A DNA stretch of 64,000 nt, from the NCBI GenBank assembly GCA_029268645.1, contig JAQWNI010000058.1, positions 905-64,904 on the forward strand, read 5' to 3'. Of this stretch, positions 44,175 through 53,432 are shown piece by piece; within the stretch, counting starts at the first letter, position 1, and each line of letters begins with the position of its first letter. Under the pieces are notes generated by a model. That model was not told where the DNA came from. It saw only the letters and a list, made by a program, of their open reading frames with translations, and ran no database searches. This stretch comes from Myxococcota bacterium. Lineage in GTDB: Bacteria; Myxococcota_A; UBA9160; UBA4427. The translations under genes and the position numbers were made by a program.

Positions 44175-45620
44175 GTGGAGCGCTCTGGATCGCCGCCTCA
44201 GGAAGAATCACGATCGATCGGCCTTTTTGGCCTCGCGATGATCAACATTGTGGCGATCGCCAGCCTGCGCGATCTGCCCCAGATGGCGAGCTACGGAATC
44301 GGCTCGATCTTCTTCTATCTACTGGCCGCCGTCGTTTTCTTCTTCCCCGTCTCCCTGGTGGCCGCCGAACTCGCTACGGCCTGGCCTGAACGGGGCGGCG
44401 TCTACGTGTGGGTTCGAGAGGCCTTCGGAGAACGCTGGGGGTTCGTCGCGGTTTTCTTGCAGTGGTCCCAGAACCTCTGCTGGTACCCAGTCGTCTTGAC
44501 CTTCGGGGCTGCATCTTTGGCTTTCGCGGTCGCACCGGATCAAGCCGCCGCTCTTTCCGAGAGCAAAACCTTTATCGTCATCGTGGTGCTCTTGGCCTAC
44601 TGGTTTTCGGTGCTCCTCAATTTTCGAGGCCTGTCGGGTTCAGCCTGGGTGAGCATCGTGGGGGGGTTCAGCGGAGTGGTCATTCCCGGCACCCTGTTGG
44701 TGGGACTTGCCGGGCTCGGGCTTCTCCAAGGCGAACCCTCGAATCTGATGAAGAACGGATCGGAGCTCATTCCCAACTTGGGCAATTTCTCCAATATCAC
44801 CTTCGCGGTGACCGTTTGGCTGGCCTTCGCGGGCATGGAGATGACCGCCGCCCATGCGCGCGAAGTGAGATCACCCGAACGGACCTACCCCCTCGGCATT
44901 CTGATCGCGGCAGGCGTCATCCTGACTGTTTTCATCCTCGGCGCGCTCTCTATTGCGACAGCCCTCGCCCCGGATCAATACCATCTCCAAAGCGGTGTGA
45001 CCGAAGCGCTTCAGAGCATGTTTGATCGCTACGGTCTCGGGTCGTTGGCCCGCATCGTCGCATTCGGCATGGCGCTTGGTGTCTTTGGGAGCGTGAACGC
45101 CTGGGTGATCGGTCCAAGCAAGGGGCTACTGGCCGCCGCCGAGAAAGGAGCCCTGCCCCCCTTTCTTTCCAGGGTGAATCGGAATGGCGTGCCGACTCGC
45201 ATCCTTTTGATCCAGGGTGCCGCAGTCTCCCTCATTTGCATTGCTTTCACCGCCCAGCCCACAGTGGCCTCGGCCTATTTCATGATCAGTGTTCTGACCA
45301 TTCAGATGTATCTCTGCATGTACATCATCATGTTCGCAGCCGCGTGGAGATTGCGAAGCCTCCACCCCGAACAAAAGGGCAAATTCCAGGTGCCCGGTGG
45401 AAAGCCCGGTTTGGCCCTGGCCTGTGGACTCGGGGGCCTCGGCTGTCTGCTGAGCATTGGATTGGGATTCTTTCCGCCCAATCAGTTGAAGGAATCGGGC
45501 ATCGACCCCGACTCCTTCAAGACATTTCTCGCGGTGGGCCTTCTCGCGGCGCTCGGGCTGCCTTTTCTGATCGCCTGGGCGCGCAGCCGCAGAAAATCCG
45601 ACCCCTCATCCGCTTCCTGA
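44175..45620 (+). CDS. APC-superfamily amino acid permease (glutamate:GABA antiporter-like subgroup, tentative)
   Basis: 481 aa with about 12 TM segments. The AELATAWPERGGVYVW motif and overall layout resemble GadC-type APC transporters. Confidence 0.75.
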   Translation: MERSGSPPQEESRSIGLFGLAMINIVAIASLRDLPQMASYGIGSIFFYLLAAVVFFFPVSLVAAELATAWPERGGVYVWVREAFGERWGFVAVFLQWSQNLCWYPVVLTFGAASLAFAVAPDQAAALSESKTFIVIVVLLAYWFSVLLNFRGLSGSAWVSIVGGFSGVVIPGTLLVGLAGLGLLQGEPSNLMKNGSELIPNLGNFSNITFAVTVWLAFAGMEMTAAHAREVRSPERTYPLGILIAAGVILTVFILGALSIATALAPDQYHLQSGVTEALQSMFDRYGLGSLARIVAFGMALGVFGSVNAWVIGPSKGLLAAAEKGALPPFLSRVNRNGVPTRILLIQGAAVSLICIAFTAQPTVASAYFMISVLTIQMYLCMYIIMFAAAWRLRSLHPEQKGKFQVPGGKPGLALACGLGGLGCLLSIGLGFFPPNQLKESGIDPDSFKTFLAVGLLAALGLPFLIAWARSRRKSDPSSAS

Positions 45621-45637
45621 ACCCATCGCCTCGGCGG

Positions 45638-46564
45638 TCATCCGTGATAGCGGTTGAATCCGTCGATCACTTCCTGCATGTCGGTCGGATTAAAAAACAC
45701 TTCGGGCTGATCTTTCTCGCCCCAAATCGACCAGCTGTCCTCAATCCCCCACTCGCCGATTTCCCAAGCCTCGTCGTCGAGAATGCAGTCCATGTCGGTG
45801 AACTGCTCAAAAAAGTTGCCACTCGGGTCTCGCAAATACCAGAAGACGTTGCCCCCGATCATGTGACGCCCGGGACCGGCCACCTGAGTGCCCTCGTTTT
45901 GGCGGAGATAATCAGAAGCCGCCTTCATGACCGTATCGATATCGTCGCGCTCGATGGCGTAATGATTGAGATACGGAACCGGGCCCGGTGCCAGCAAAAG
46001 ATTATGGTGATCCGGCGAGCAACGGGTGAAAAAACCAAGCCCCCCCACTATGTCGGAGATGCGAAAACCGAGGCCTTGGATATAGAAATCATGGGTCTTT
46101 AAAATATCGGGGGTTCCGATGACGACGTGACCCAGTCGGCGGGGGGGCCGGAGAGTCTGTTCTGTGTGGATGCCCGGGCGCGCGCCGACCCGAGGCCGAT
46201 CCCCCGGCACGTTGATGGGCTCGCGAGGAGAAGGCGGCACATCGACCACTGGAGCGGGCTCCACGATCACCTGCCATTTGTTCACCGGATCCGGAGCGAT
46301 CAGCCGGCCGTCTTCGGTGGAATGCTTCACGCCGAGATCGTCGAGTCGACTGCGAATGCCATCCAAGTCCGCCTCGTCGTGACACGCGACACGGATCTCA
46401 AGGAGCTGGCGGTACGGCGCTTCTTCGACGGTGATCTGGTCGGGAGACACCTCGGGCCCCCAGCCTAAGTCGGACCCCACAAAGCCCAAATCCTGGTAGA
46501 AATCATTCAGGACTTGCGGGTCCGGAACGCCAATTGTGATCCCGCGCAAACGATGAAGGGGCAT
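45638..46564 (-). CDS. two-domain VOC-family extradiol ring-cleavage dioxygenase-like protein
   Basis: 308 aa with two glyoxalase/VOC modules (ITIGVPDP..., HVVIGTPD...HH...E), as in catechol 2,3-dioxygenase-type enzymes. Confidence 0.7.
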   Translation of the reverse strand: MPLHRLRGITIGVPDPQVLNDFYQDLGFVGSDLGWGPEVSPDQITVEEAPYRQLLEIRVACHDEADLDGIRSRLDDLGVKHSTEDGRLIAPDPVNKWQVIVEPAPVVDVPPSPREPINVPGDRPRVGARPGIHTEQTLRPPRRLGHVVIGTPDILKTHDFYIQGLGFRISDIVGGLGFFTRCSPDHHNLLLAPGPVPYLNHYAIERDDIDTVMKAASDYLRQNEGTQVAGPGRHMIGGNVFWYLRDPSGNFFEQFTDMDCILDDEAWEIGEWGIEDSWSIWGEKDQPEVFFNPTDMQEVIDGFNRYHG

Positions 46565-46607
46565 CCGGCGTTCTCCTTAATGAGCGGCTCATTCCCGGGA
46601 GTGTAGA

Positions 46608-46633
46608 CAATTCTAGACAGTCGTCTAGAATTG
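46608..46633. promoter_or_regulatory. perfect 11-bp inverted repeat CAATTCTAGAC-AGTC-GTCTAGAATTG; candidate TetR operator in a divergent promoter region
   Basis: Read directly from the sequence. It sits in the 119-bp gap between the dioxygenase gene (-) and the tetR gene (+). An extra TAGAC half-site lies just upstream (46604..46608). Confidence 0.6.
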
Positions 46634-46683
46634 AGGTCTGCCACACCCCCCACCCGCGGTCATTCGTCAGGAACTCGCTCCCT

Positions 46684-47277
46684 GTGAACCCTTCCAAGTC
46701 AGACCCCGCCGCCGAACGGCCGGACGTCCGTCGCGCACTCATCGAGGCCACCGCAGACCTACTCGGTGAGGTCGGCCCAAAAAGCCTTTCTGTCCGACAA
46801 ATTGCCGACCGGGCGGGGGTGAACCACGGCCAGATCCATCACTACTTTCAGGGCAAGCGAGGACTCCTCGAAGCGGCCCTCCGCAACCTTGCAAAAGCCC
46901 ATTTTGACGATTCCCTTGAAAGGGCCGGCGGAGACGCCATTCCGCCCCCGCTTTCCCTCGGTGAAGACCGCCGCTATTTCCGAGCGCTCTGCCAAGCCGT
47001 GATGGATGATGATCTCGACCTGATCCGCACCGTCGACGCCGATCACGAAATCTCGGTCCCGATTCGAGTTTTGCGAGAACTCGAAGCCCGCAAGCCCGAC
47101 GTGGACCCTCTTGAGGTGAAGGCTCTCTTCGCTCTCGGCGCCGCCGCGGAACTGGGGTGGGTCGCATTCGAGAAGCTCATCCTGCTCGCCGCCGAAGTCG
47201 ACGAGCCCGATGAAGAAGCCTTCCGCAAAATCATCAAGCGCTTGATGGCCGAGAAGTTCTACACCATGCTCGGCTGA
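46684..47277 (+). CDS. TetR/AcrR family transcriptional regulator
   Basis: N-terminal HTH LIEATADLLGEVGPKSLSVRQIADRAGVNHGQIHHYF. 197 aa. Confidence 0.9.
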   Translation: MNPSKSDPAAERPDVRRALIEATADLLGEVGPKSLSVRQIADRAGVNHGQIHHYFQGKRGLLEAALRNLAKAHFDDSLERAGGDAIPPPLSLGEDRRYFRALCQAVMDDDLDLIRTVDADHEISVPIRVLRELEARKPDVDPLEVKALFALGAAAELGWVAFEKLILLAAEVDEPDEEAFRKIIKRLMAEKFYTMLG

Positions 47278-47309
47278 GCACTGGACCCGGTCCGCCCGCC
47301 CCACCAAGA

Positions 47310-48224
47310 ATGGAGAAATTCATGGGATTTCGAATGGCCAACGTGGATGGAAGAGCAGCCCTTGTCTCGGGTGAGCTTTTCTATGACATCGAAACCCTGT
47401 CTCAGGGCTCTGTTGCGAGTGACCCCATGCTCGCCCTCGCCCAGACCGAAAAACTCCACAGCCTGGCCCAGCAGCTCGACGCCCACGAAGCAACAGGCTC
47501 GCTTGATACAAAGCGCTTGCAATCGCCGTCTCCCCGGCCTCGAAACAGCTACGGCGTTGGGTTGAACTACCGCAACCATGCAGAAGAATCCGGCATGCCG
47601 ATTCCCCAGGCCCCGATGGTTTTCACCAAGTACACCTCGTGTATCTCGCCGCCGAATGTCGACGTTGAGTTGAGAAGCGACTACGTCGACTTCGAAGGCG
47701 AATTGGTCGCGGTCATCGGCAAGCCCGGCAAAGACATTCCCCTCGACCAGGCATGGGATCACGTCGCCGGGCTCTGCATCGGGCAGGACATCTCAGACCG
47801 CCCGGCGCAGTTCACTTCTTCCCCGCCGCATTTTAACCTGGGCAAGTCCTTCGACACTTTCGGCCCAATGGGCCCCATCCTTGTTTCCCCGGATCTTCTT
47901 CCGGCCAACGCAAATATGCAGTTGACCACCAAGGTCAACGACGAAGTCCGCCAACAAGACAAGACCGGAGACTTGATCTTTGACATCCCGGCTTTGATTC
48001 ACTTCTTGTCTTACATCACCTCGCTCACTTCCGGCGACGTGATCTTTACCGGGACTCCAGGGGGAGTAGGGGTCGTGGAAGGCCGGTTCCTCAAGGACGG
48101 GGATGTCATCACGACCACCATCGAGGGCCTCGGGCAAATGCGAAACCGCTGCGTGCGAGTCTCGGATCACCCCCGCGCCGACTTCGTTCCGGAGCCCATT
48201 CGGAAAGCCGCCAGCAAGCCCTAA
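47310..48224 (+). CDS. fumarylacetoacetate hydrolase (FAH) family protein
   Basis: GLNYRNHAEE, DFEGELVAVIGK and GDVIFTGTPGGVG are FAH-family motifs. The start may be ATG 47322. Confidence 0.85.
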   Translation: MEKFMGFRMANVDGRAALVSGELFYDIETLSQGSVASDPMLALAQTEKLHSLAQQLDAHEATGSLDTKRLQSPSPRPRNSYGVGLNYRNHAEESGMPIPQAPMVFTKYTSCISPPNVDVELRSDYVDFEGELVAVIGKPGKDIPLDQAWDHVAGLCIGQDISDRPAQFTSSPPHFNLGKSFDTFGPMGPILVSPDLLPANANMQLTTKVNDEVRQQDKTGDLIFDIPALIHFLSYITSLTSGDVIFTGTPGGVGVVEGRFLKDGDVITTTIEGLGQMRNRCVRVSDHPRADFVPEPIRKAASKP

Positions 48225-48302
48225 GGCCCGCACACCGAAAAAAGAAGCAACGCCCAACGCACAGCTGTGTCCTTGAGGGCCTCAAAACGCAAGAACCAGG
48301 CC

Positions 48303-49250
48303 TCAGGCGGAGCCGGTCGCCGGACCTTGCCGATGGCCGTGGACGATCAGAACGAGCTCCGTCGTGAGCAGCTCTTGATCGGAAAGCGCTCGAAACCGCT
48401 TCGCCATACGTTTTCGGGGAATGGGCAAACGATCCGCCGATCGTCGGTCCTGAGCAATGATATTCAGGCGGAGTGATTCATAGAGATCCACGAACTGCTG
48501 AGCCCGCCAACGGTTCAAGCCGCCAATAAAACGCATCGTCAACCAGTAAACCGAATCAGACCATTCGAGCATTTCGAGATAGTTGGTCTGACGGCTCCAA
48601 TGGTCCATCAGGTCAATCTGCACAAACTGCCAGCCTTCCGTGGCGGTCTGATGCGCCAGAATCGACAAGGTGGGAACGGGGTCCCAGATATGCTCGAAAC
48701 AGGAATGACTGAGAATTAAATCGAAGGGTTCGAGGTTCTGATCCGCAAAGGCCTCCGGACCGGACACAACGTATTGCACATCCGGACACACGCGCCCCTC
48801 TGCGACATCCTTCAAGAGCGCGTGCATTGATTCGTTTTCTTTTCGTTCAGGCGAATCAATCAACGCCACGGCCGAGATACGTAGGGCATCTGCATCGACC
48901 ACCATATTGGCGTAGGTATCCCATAGAACGACCGAAACCGCCCCACCTCCGCTCGCCGCCCACCACAGCAGAGAACTGCCGATGTTACGGCCAGGACCCA
49001 CATCTAGAATACGACGGGCCTCGGGTTCGTAGTTCACCTCGCGGAGTCGATCAAACTGGCGACAGAACAGGCGCCAGCTATAGCCCGCATCGGCCGGTCC
49101 GAAATCCTTCGCCAGTTGCACAGGAGGCAGAACCAGCCGTCGTCCCACCGTAGTCGTAGAGATCATGTTCATACAGAACCGCTTCACGCCCCGAGCGGCC
49201 TTGATGATCTGACGTTGCATTGACTCGCGGCTCCTCGATCCCACTCTCAT
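48303..49250 (-). CDS. class I SAM-dependent methyltransferase
   Basis: Motif I-like RILDVGPGRNIG and a downstream acidic loop. The exact start is uncertain. Confidence 0.65.
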   Translation of the reverse strand: MRVGSRSRESMQRQIIKAARGVKRFCMNMISTTTVGRRLVLPPVQLAKDFGPADAGYSWRLFCRQFDRLREVNYEPEARRILDVGPGRNIGSSLLWWAASGGGAVSVVLWDTYANMVVDADALRISAVALIDSPERKENESMHALLKDVAEGRVCPDVQYVVSGPEAFADQNLEPFDLILSHSCFEHIWDPVPTLSILAHQTATEGWQFVQIDLMDHWSRQTNYLEMLEWSDSVYWLTMRFIGGLNRWRAQQFVDLYESLRLNIIAQDRRSADRLPIPRKRMAKRFRALSDQELLTTELVLIVHGHRQGPATGSA

Positions 49251-49472
49251 CGGTTGACCGCCAAACCCATCCCGGTTTAAGTTGGGTCAGACCTCCCCTG
49301 CTCTTCCCATCCACACGTCAACGCCTGAAGGAAACCGCGCTGAAACGAGTGGACGAGTCTACCGGCCCCCCACCCGGGGGTAAAGAAAAACGGCCTATCC
49401 GGCCGGCCACTCTCCCACGCTCTCCCCCTGATCCTTTTCGGCAGGGTATGGGCCCTCGGCTATGCTGAAGCA

Positions 49473-51170
49473 GTGCTCGCCCACAGAGAAACAAGCGTCA
49501 AACGTCTCTTCCGCCAAATTCGAAACACAGTCTGGGCGTTGTTCTGGGTGATCTACGCGTTCCCCACCCTCGCCGACGCCCCTCGTGCAACCGAGACCGC
49601 CGATGCGAGCGGCGTCACTTCCGAGATGCTTCTCTCCGCGGAAGACCGGCTTGACCTTTGGGTGCACAACAGCCGGACCTATACCGCGGCCCGCTATTCC
49701 CCAGACACACAGATCAATCGCCAAAATGTCGACAAGCTCGAGCTTCTTTGGCAATACCCCATCCGGCCCAACCCCTTTGGATTCGAAGTATCCGCCATTG
49801 TCTTTGATGACAAAATGTTCGTCACGACTTCGGGCTCCGAATTGGTGCGGCTGGACCCCTATACGGGGGAGCCCATCTGGATTTGGAAAAAGGGGAGCAA
49901 GCGTTCACAGAATCGCGGACCAGCCGTCCTCGGTGACAAAATCTACATGGGGACGTCCGACGCCCACCTCGTTTGCCTGGATGCGGAGACAGGCTTGCTC
50001 CTCTGGGACCGAACCGTGGCGGATAACCGAGCAGGCGGCTCGATCACCGGTGCCCCGCTGATCGTCGATGACAAAGTCATCATCGGCGTTTCTGGAGCCG
50101 AGTTCGGAGTGCGGGGGTTCATCGATGCCTACGACGCCCAAACCGGAAAACGCATCTGGCGCTTCTGGACCGTGCCCGAACCGGGCCAACCGGGAAGCGA
50201 AACCTGGTCAGGCGATTCGGCGGTTCATGGAGGCGGAACCGCTTGGCTCACCGGCACCTACGATCCCGAGCTCCGGCTTCTGTATTGGGCCACCGGCAAT
50301 CCGTCCCCAGACTACGACGGCGATGCGCGAAAGGGAGACAACCTTTTCACCAACTCGATTGTCGCGTTGAACCCGGATGACGGAAGGCTCGTTTGGTATT
50401 TCCAGAACACGCCGCACGATCTCTTCGACTGGTCTGGCGTCAGCGAGCCGATCCTCATCGACGAAGTCATCAACGGCAAACCCACCAAGGCCATCGTCCA
50501 GGCCAACCGAAATGGGTACGTTTATATTCTCGACCGCACGGATGGCCGGTTTATCTCCGCGACACCCTACACCCGAGTCGATTGGGCGAACCTCGACCCA
50601 TTGGGCAAACCCGTCATCAAGCCCAAACTCGCAAAGGCCAAGGTTCGTCACGTCTTCCCGGGGACCGTCGGCGGCACCAACTGGCCCCCGAAAGCCTTTA
50701 GTCCCCGGACGCAGATGCTGTACATCCCGGTCATCGAGCGTGGCGCCACCTACACCTCCGAACCGGCCAAATACCGACGAGGCCAGCTCTTCATGGGCGG
50801 GTACGCGGAGTACGACCCCGAGCCGGCAACGGGTTCCATCACGGCGATGAAGGTCAAAACCGGTGAGATCGCCTGGAAGTTCGACACACACGGCCCCAAT
50901 TGGGGCGGCCTTCTGGCCACCGGGGGCGGACTGATCTTTGGCGGGGCTTTCGACGGCCAGCTCAGCGCGCTCGACGATGAAACCGGAGAAGTATTGTGGT
51001 CTTTCCAAACCGGTACCGGTGTTTATGCGCCGCCCACAACCTTTCGGATCGGCGGGCGTCAGGTGATCGGACTGGCCTCGGGTTTTGGATTGATGGGCAA
51101 TGAAAGTTCCGGACTTCCCCCCCGGCCGAAGCAGGGCCTCTACTACCTATTCGGACTGCCCATTGAATGA
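49473..51170 (+). CDS. PQQ-dependent dehydrogenase (8-bladed propeller, alcohol dehydrogenase family), periplasmic
   Basis: Signal-like N-terminus. GVSGAEFGVRGF, YWATGNPSPD and TPHDLFDWSG are quinoprotein ADH motifs. The protein has only one Cys, so it lacks the vicinal Cys-Cys ring. Confidence 0.85.
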   Translation: MLAHRETSVKRLFRQIRNTVWALFWVIYAFPTLADAPRATETADASGVTSEMLLSAEDRLDLWVHNSRTYTAARYSPDTQINRQNVDKLELLWQYPIRPNPFGFEVSAIVFDDKMFVTTSGSELVRLDPYTGEPIWIWKKGSKRSQNRGPAVLGDKIYMGTSDAHLVCLDAETGLLLWDRTVADNRAGGSITGAPLIVDDKVIIGVSGAEFGVRGFIDAYDAQTGKRIWRFWTVPEPGQPGSETWSGDSAVHGGGTAWLTGTYDPELRLLYWATGNPSPDYDGDARKGDNLFTNSIVALNPDDGRLVWYFQNTPHDLFDWSGVSEPILIDEVINGKPTKAIVQANRNGYVYILDRTDGRFISATPYTRVDWANLDPLGKPVIKPKLAKAKVRHVFPGTVGGTNWPPKAFSPRTQMLYIPVIERGATYTSEPAKYRRGQLFMGGYAEYDPEPATGSITAMKVKTGEIAWKFDTHGPNWGGLLATGGGLIFGGAFDGQLSALDDETGEVLWSFQTGTGVYAPPTTFRIGGRQVIGLASGFGLMGNESSGLPPRPKQGLYYLFGLPIE

Positions 51171-51183
51171 CGGATTGAAGTCC

Positions 51184-52017
51184 ATGCTTTTCCAAATTCG
51201 ACATCACACGGGATCCCTTGCCCTCGTCGGTGTTCTCACCCTCGCCGGCTTCGGGGGGGCTGGCCTTTCGCGAGCGGCCTCCTCAGAACCTCAAAGCACC
51301 GCGGCCCTGTTCACCGAATCCTGTGCAGGCTGTCATGGCCAACGCGGAGACGGAGGCTCCATGGGGCCCAGCCTTCTAACACCCCGCGCGAAAGCACTCA
51401 GCCGTCAAAAGATCAACCAAATCATCTCTAGCGGACGACCCGACATGGGGATGCCGGCCTTCGAATTCACCCATCGCAGAGACCAAATCCAAGCTCTGGC
51501 GATCCATGTCCTCAAGCTCCAAGGTCGTGCAACCGGCAAAGCTAAAGGTCAAATGAAAAATAGAAAGAAAAAGCGAGCAGCTCTGTCTCCCGCCGCACAG
51601 GCGTCCGTCAACCGTGGCCGTCAAATATTTTTCAACGAGGCGCAGTGCAGTGAATGCCACAGCGTGTTCAACCTCGGCGGACGCACCGCACCGCAGCTCA
51701 ATCGCTTTGCTAAACGAAAGAATCGAGCTCAGGTGCTCGAAGCCATTGTAAACCCATCGGCACAAATTTCTCGGCGTTACCAGACCACCGAGATCGTGAT
51801 GCGAGATGGAACGGTTCTGCAGCAATGGTCACGCAACATTCAGCCGGAGACGCTTGAGCTCTACGACCCGGAGCATGAACTCTGGACCACCTACTTCAAG
51901 GCCAACCTCAAATCTGTCCGGACCCTTCCTGAATCCAGCATGCCCGCCAATCTCCTCGAGCCACTGACGGAGGCCCAACAGGAAGATCTTTTGAACTTCC
52001 TGATGACCCTGAAGTGA
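51184..52017 (+). CDS. dihaem c-type cytochrome
   Basis: Two CxxCH motifs (CAGCH, CSECH), a signal-like N-terminus and a Lys-rich linker. Start is placed at ATG 51184. Confidence 0.8.
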   Translation: MLFQIRHHTGSLALVGVLTLAGFGGAGLSRAASSEPQSTAALFTESCAGCHGQRGDGGSMGPSLLTPRAKALSRQKINQIISSGRPDMGMPAFEFTHRRDQIQALAIHVLKLQGRATGKAKGQMKNRKKKRAALSPAAQASVNRGRQIFFNEAQCSECHSVFNLGGRTAPQLNRFAKRKNRAQVLEAIVNPSAQISRRYQTTEIVMRDGTVLQQWSRNIQPETLELYDPEHELWTTYFKANLKSVRTLPESSMPANLLEPLTEAQQEDLLNFLMTLK

Positions 52018-52076
52018 TCGCTTGACAAGTGATCCCCGATTCAGGGACGATAGACTCTCAAAGTTCGGAGAACGCC

Positions 52077-53378
52077 ATGAGTGATCGGAACGAGCCGAAA
52101 CGAAAGTTAGGACGCCGCGATTTTTTAAAAACCGGCGCTGCCGCGACCCTCGGCATCGGCGCTTTGAACTGGGCACAGGACAGCGCCGCCGCCCCGCAGG
52201 CAGCCGGTGGGCCCAATCGCCCGGCTTCTCCAGGCAAGCCTGCGCCCAACAGCGCCGGGCCTCCGAGCATTGAAAAATTTGGAATCCTAGGCCGGACGGG
52301 GATTCCCATTTCCGATATTTCATTCGGTTCCGGCGATACCGCCAGTCCGAAACTTGTGCGATACGCCTATCGCCGAGGTATTCGATACTTCGATACGGCC
52401 GAAAGCTACCCGATGGGCAAACCAGGCCTCGCCGAGAAAGCCATCGGCAAGGCACTCCGAGGCCAACGGCAGGAAGTCGTCATCGCGACAAAAACAATCG
52501 CGTCCCCCACCGTCAAGCGGGGCGTTTTAATGCGCCGCCTCGAGAAGAGCCTGCGAAATCTGCAAACCGACTACGTGGACATCTTCTTCAACCACGCCGT
52601 CAATGAAGTGGCACGTCTCGAGAATCCCGAGTGGTACGAATTTATTGCCCTCGCCAAGAAACAGGGCAAGGTCCGAGCATCGGGCATGTCTGGGCACGGC
52701 GGTAACCTCATCGAATGCCTCGACAAGGCGCTCGATGAAAATCTCGTCGACGTAATTCTCGCAGCCCATAACTTTGGACAAGACCCCGCCTTTTATGAGC
52801 GCTTCACCAAAAATTTCGACCTCGTCGCGAACCAAGTCGACCTCCCCCGAGTCATGGCCAAAGCCCACCAGCAAGGCGTTGGCGTCATTGCCATGAAGAC
52901 CCTGATGGGCGGAAAACTCAACGACCTCTCCGAATATCAAAGTGGGGGCGCCACCTTTGCCCAAGCTGCTTTCCGCTGGGTCTTACAAAACCCCAACGTC
53001 GACGGTTTGATCGTTTCGATGCGGAGCAAGAAAGCGATCGACGAATTCGTTGCGGCCTCAGGGACAGGCGTGGCCAGCCGTTCGGACCTCAGCCTTTTGC
53101 TCGCCTACGCGCAGAAAAACGGGCGAGCACACTGCGCCCACGGATGCAAAGTCTGTGAGAGCAGTTGCCCGGACCAAGTGGCGATCTCGGAGGTGCTTCG
53201 CACCCGAATGTATGCAGAAGACTACGGGGAAGTCGAACGCGCCCGAGCTGAATACGCCGCACTGACTCGTGATGCTTCGCCTTGTTTGAGCTGTCGCGAT
53301 CTCGCCTGCCTCGGAACCTGCCCGGGCGGGCTCGACATCCCGAACCTGACGCGTTTTACCGCCACCCGGCTCGGCTGA
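52077..53378 (+). CDS. Tat-exported aldo/keto reductase fused to a C-terminal Cys-rich (2x[4Fe-4S]-like) domain
   Basis: Twin-arginine leader GRRDFLKTGAAATLG. AKR core (RYFDTAESY...). C-terminal Cx3Cx2Cx3CP and Cx2Cx4Cx3CP motifs. Confidence 0.75.
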   Translation: MSDRNEPKRKLGRRDFLKTGAAATLGIGALNWAQDSAAAPQAAGGPNRPASPGKPAPNSAGPPSIEKFGILGRTGIPISDISFGSGDTASPKLVRYAYRRGIRYFDTAESYPMGKPGLAEKAIGKALRGQRQEVVIATKTIASPTVKRGVLMRRLEKSLRNLQTDYVDIFFNHAVNEVARLENPEWYEFIALAKKQGKVRASGMSGHGGNLIECLDKALDENLVDVILAAHNFGQDPAFYERFTKNFDLVANQVDLPRVMAKAHQQGVGVIAMKTLMGGKLNDLSEYQSGGATFAQAAFRWVLQNPNVDGLIVSMRSKKAIDEFVAASGTGVASRSDLSLLLAYAQKNGRAHCAHGCKVCESSCPDQVAISEVLRTRMYAEDYGEVERARAEYAALTRDASPCLSCRDLACLGTCPGGLDIPNLTRFTATRLG

Positions 53379-53432
53379 TCGTCTCGATCCGTTTTAGGTT
53401 GAAATTGAATCGGGAAAGAACGTCGACGGGCT

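Noticed and set aside
49473-51170. Lanthanide-dependent XoxF/PedH-type dehydrogenase
   Set aside because: The diagnostic residue two positions after the catalytic Asp is Ser (DWS), not Asp, so a lanthanide assignment is not supported. This rests on my recollection of the PedE/PedH and MxaF/XoxF comparisons.
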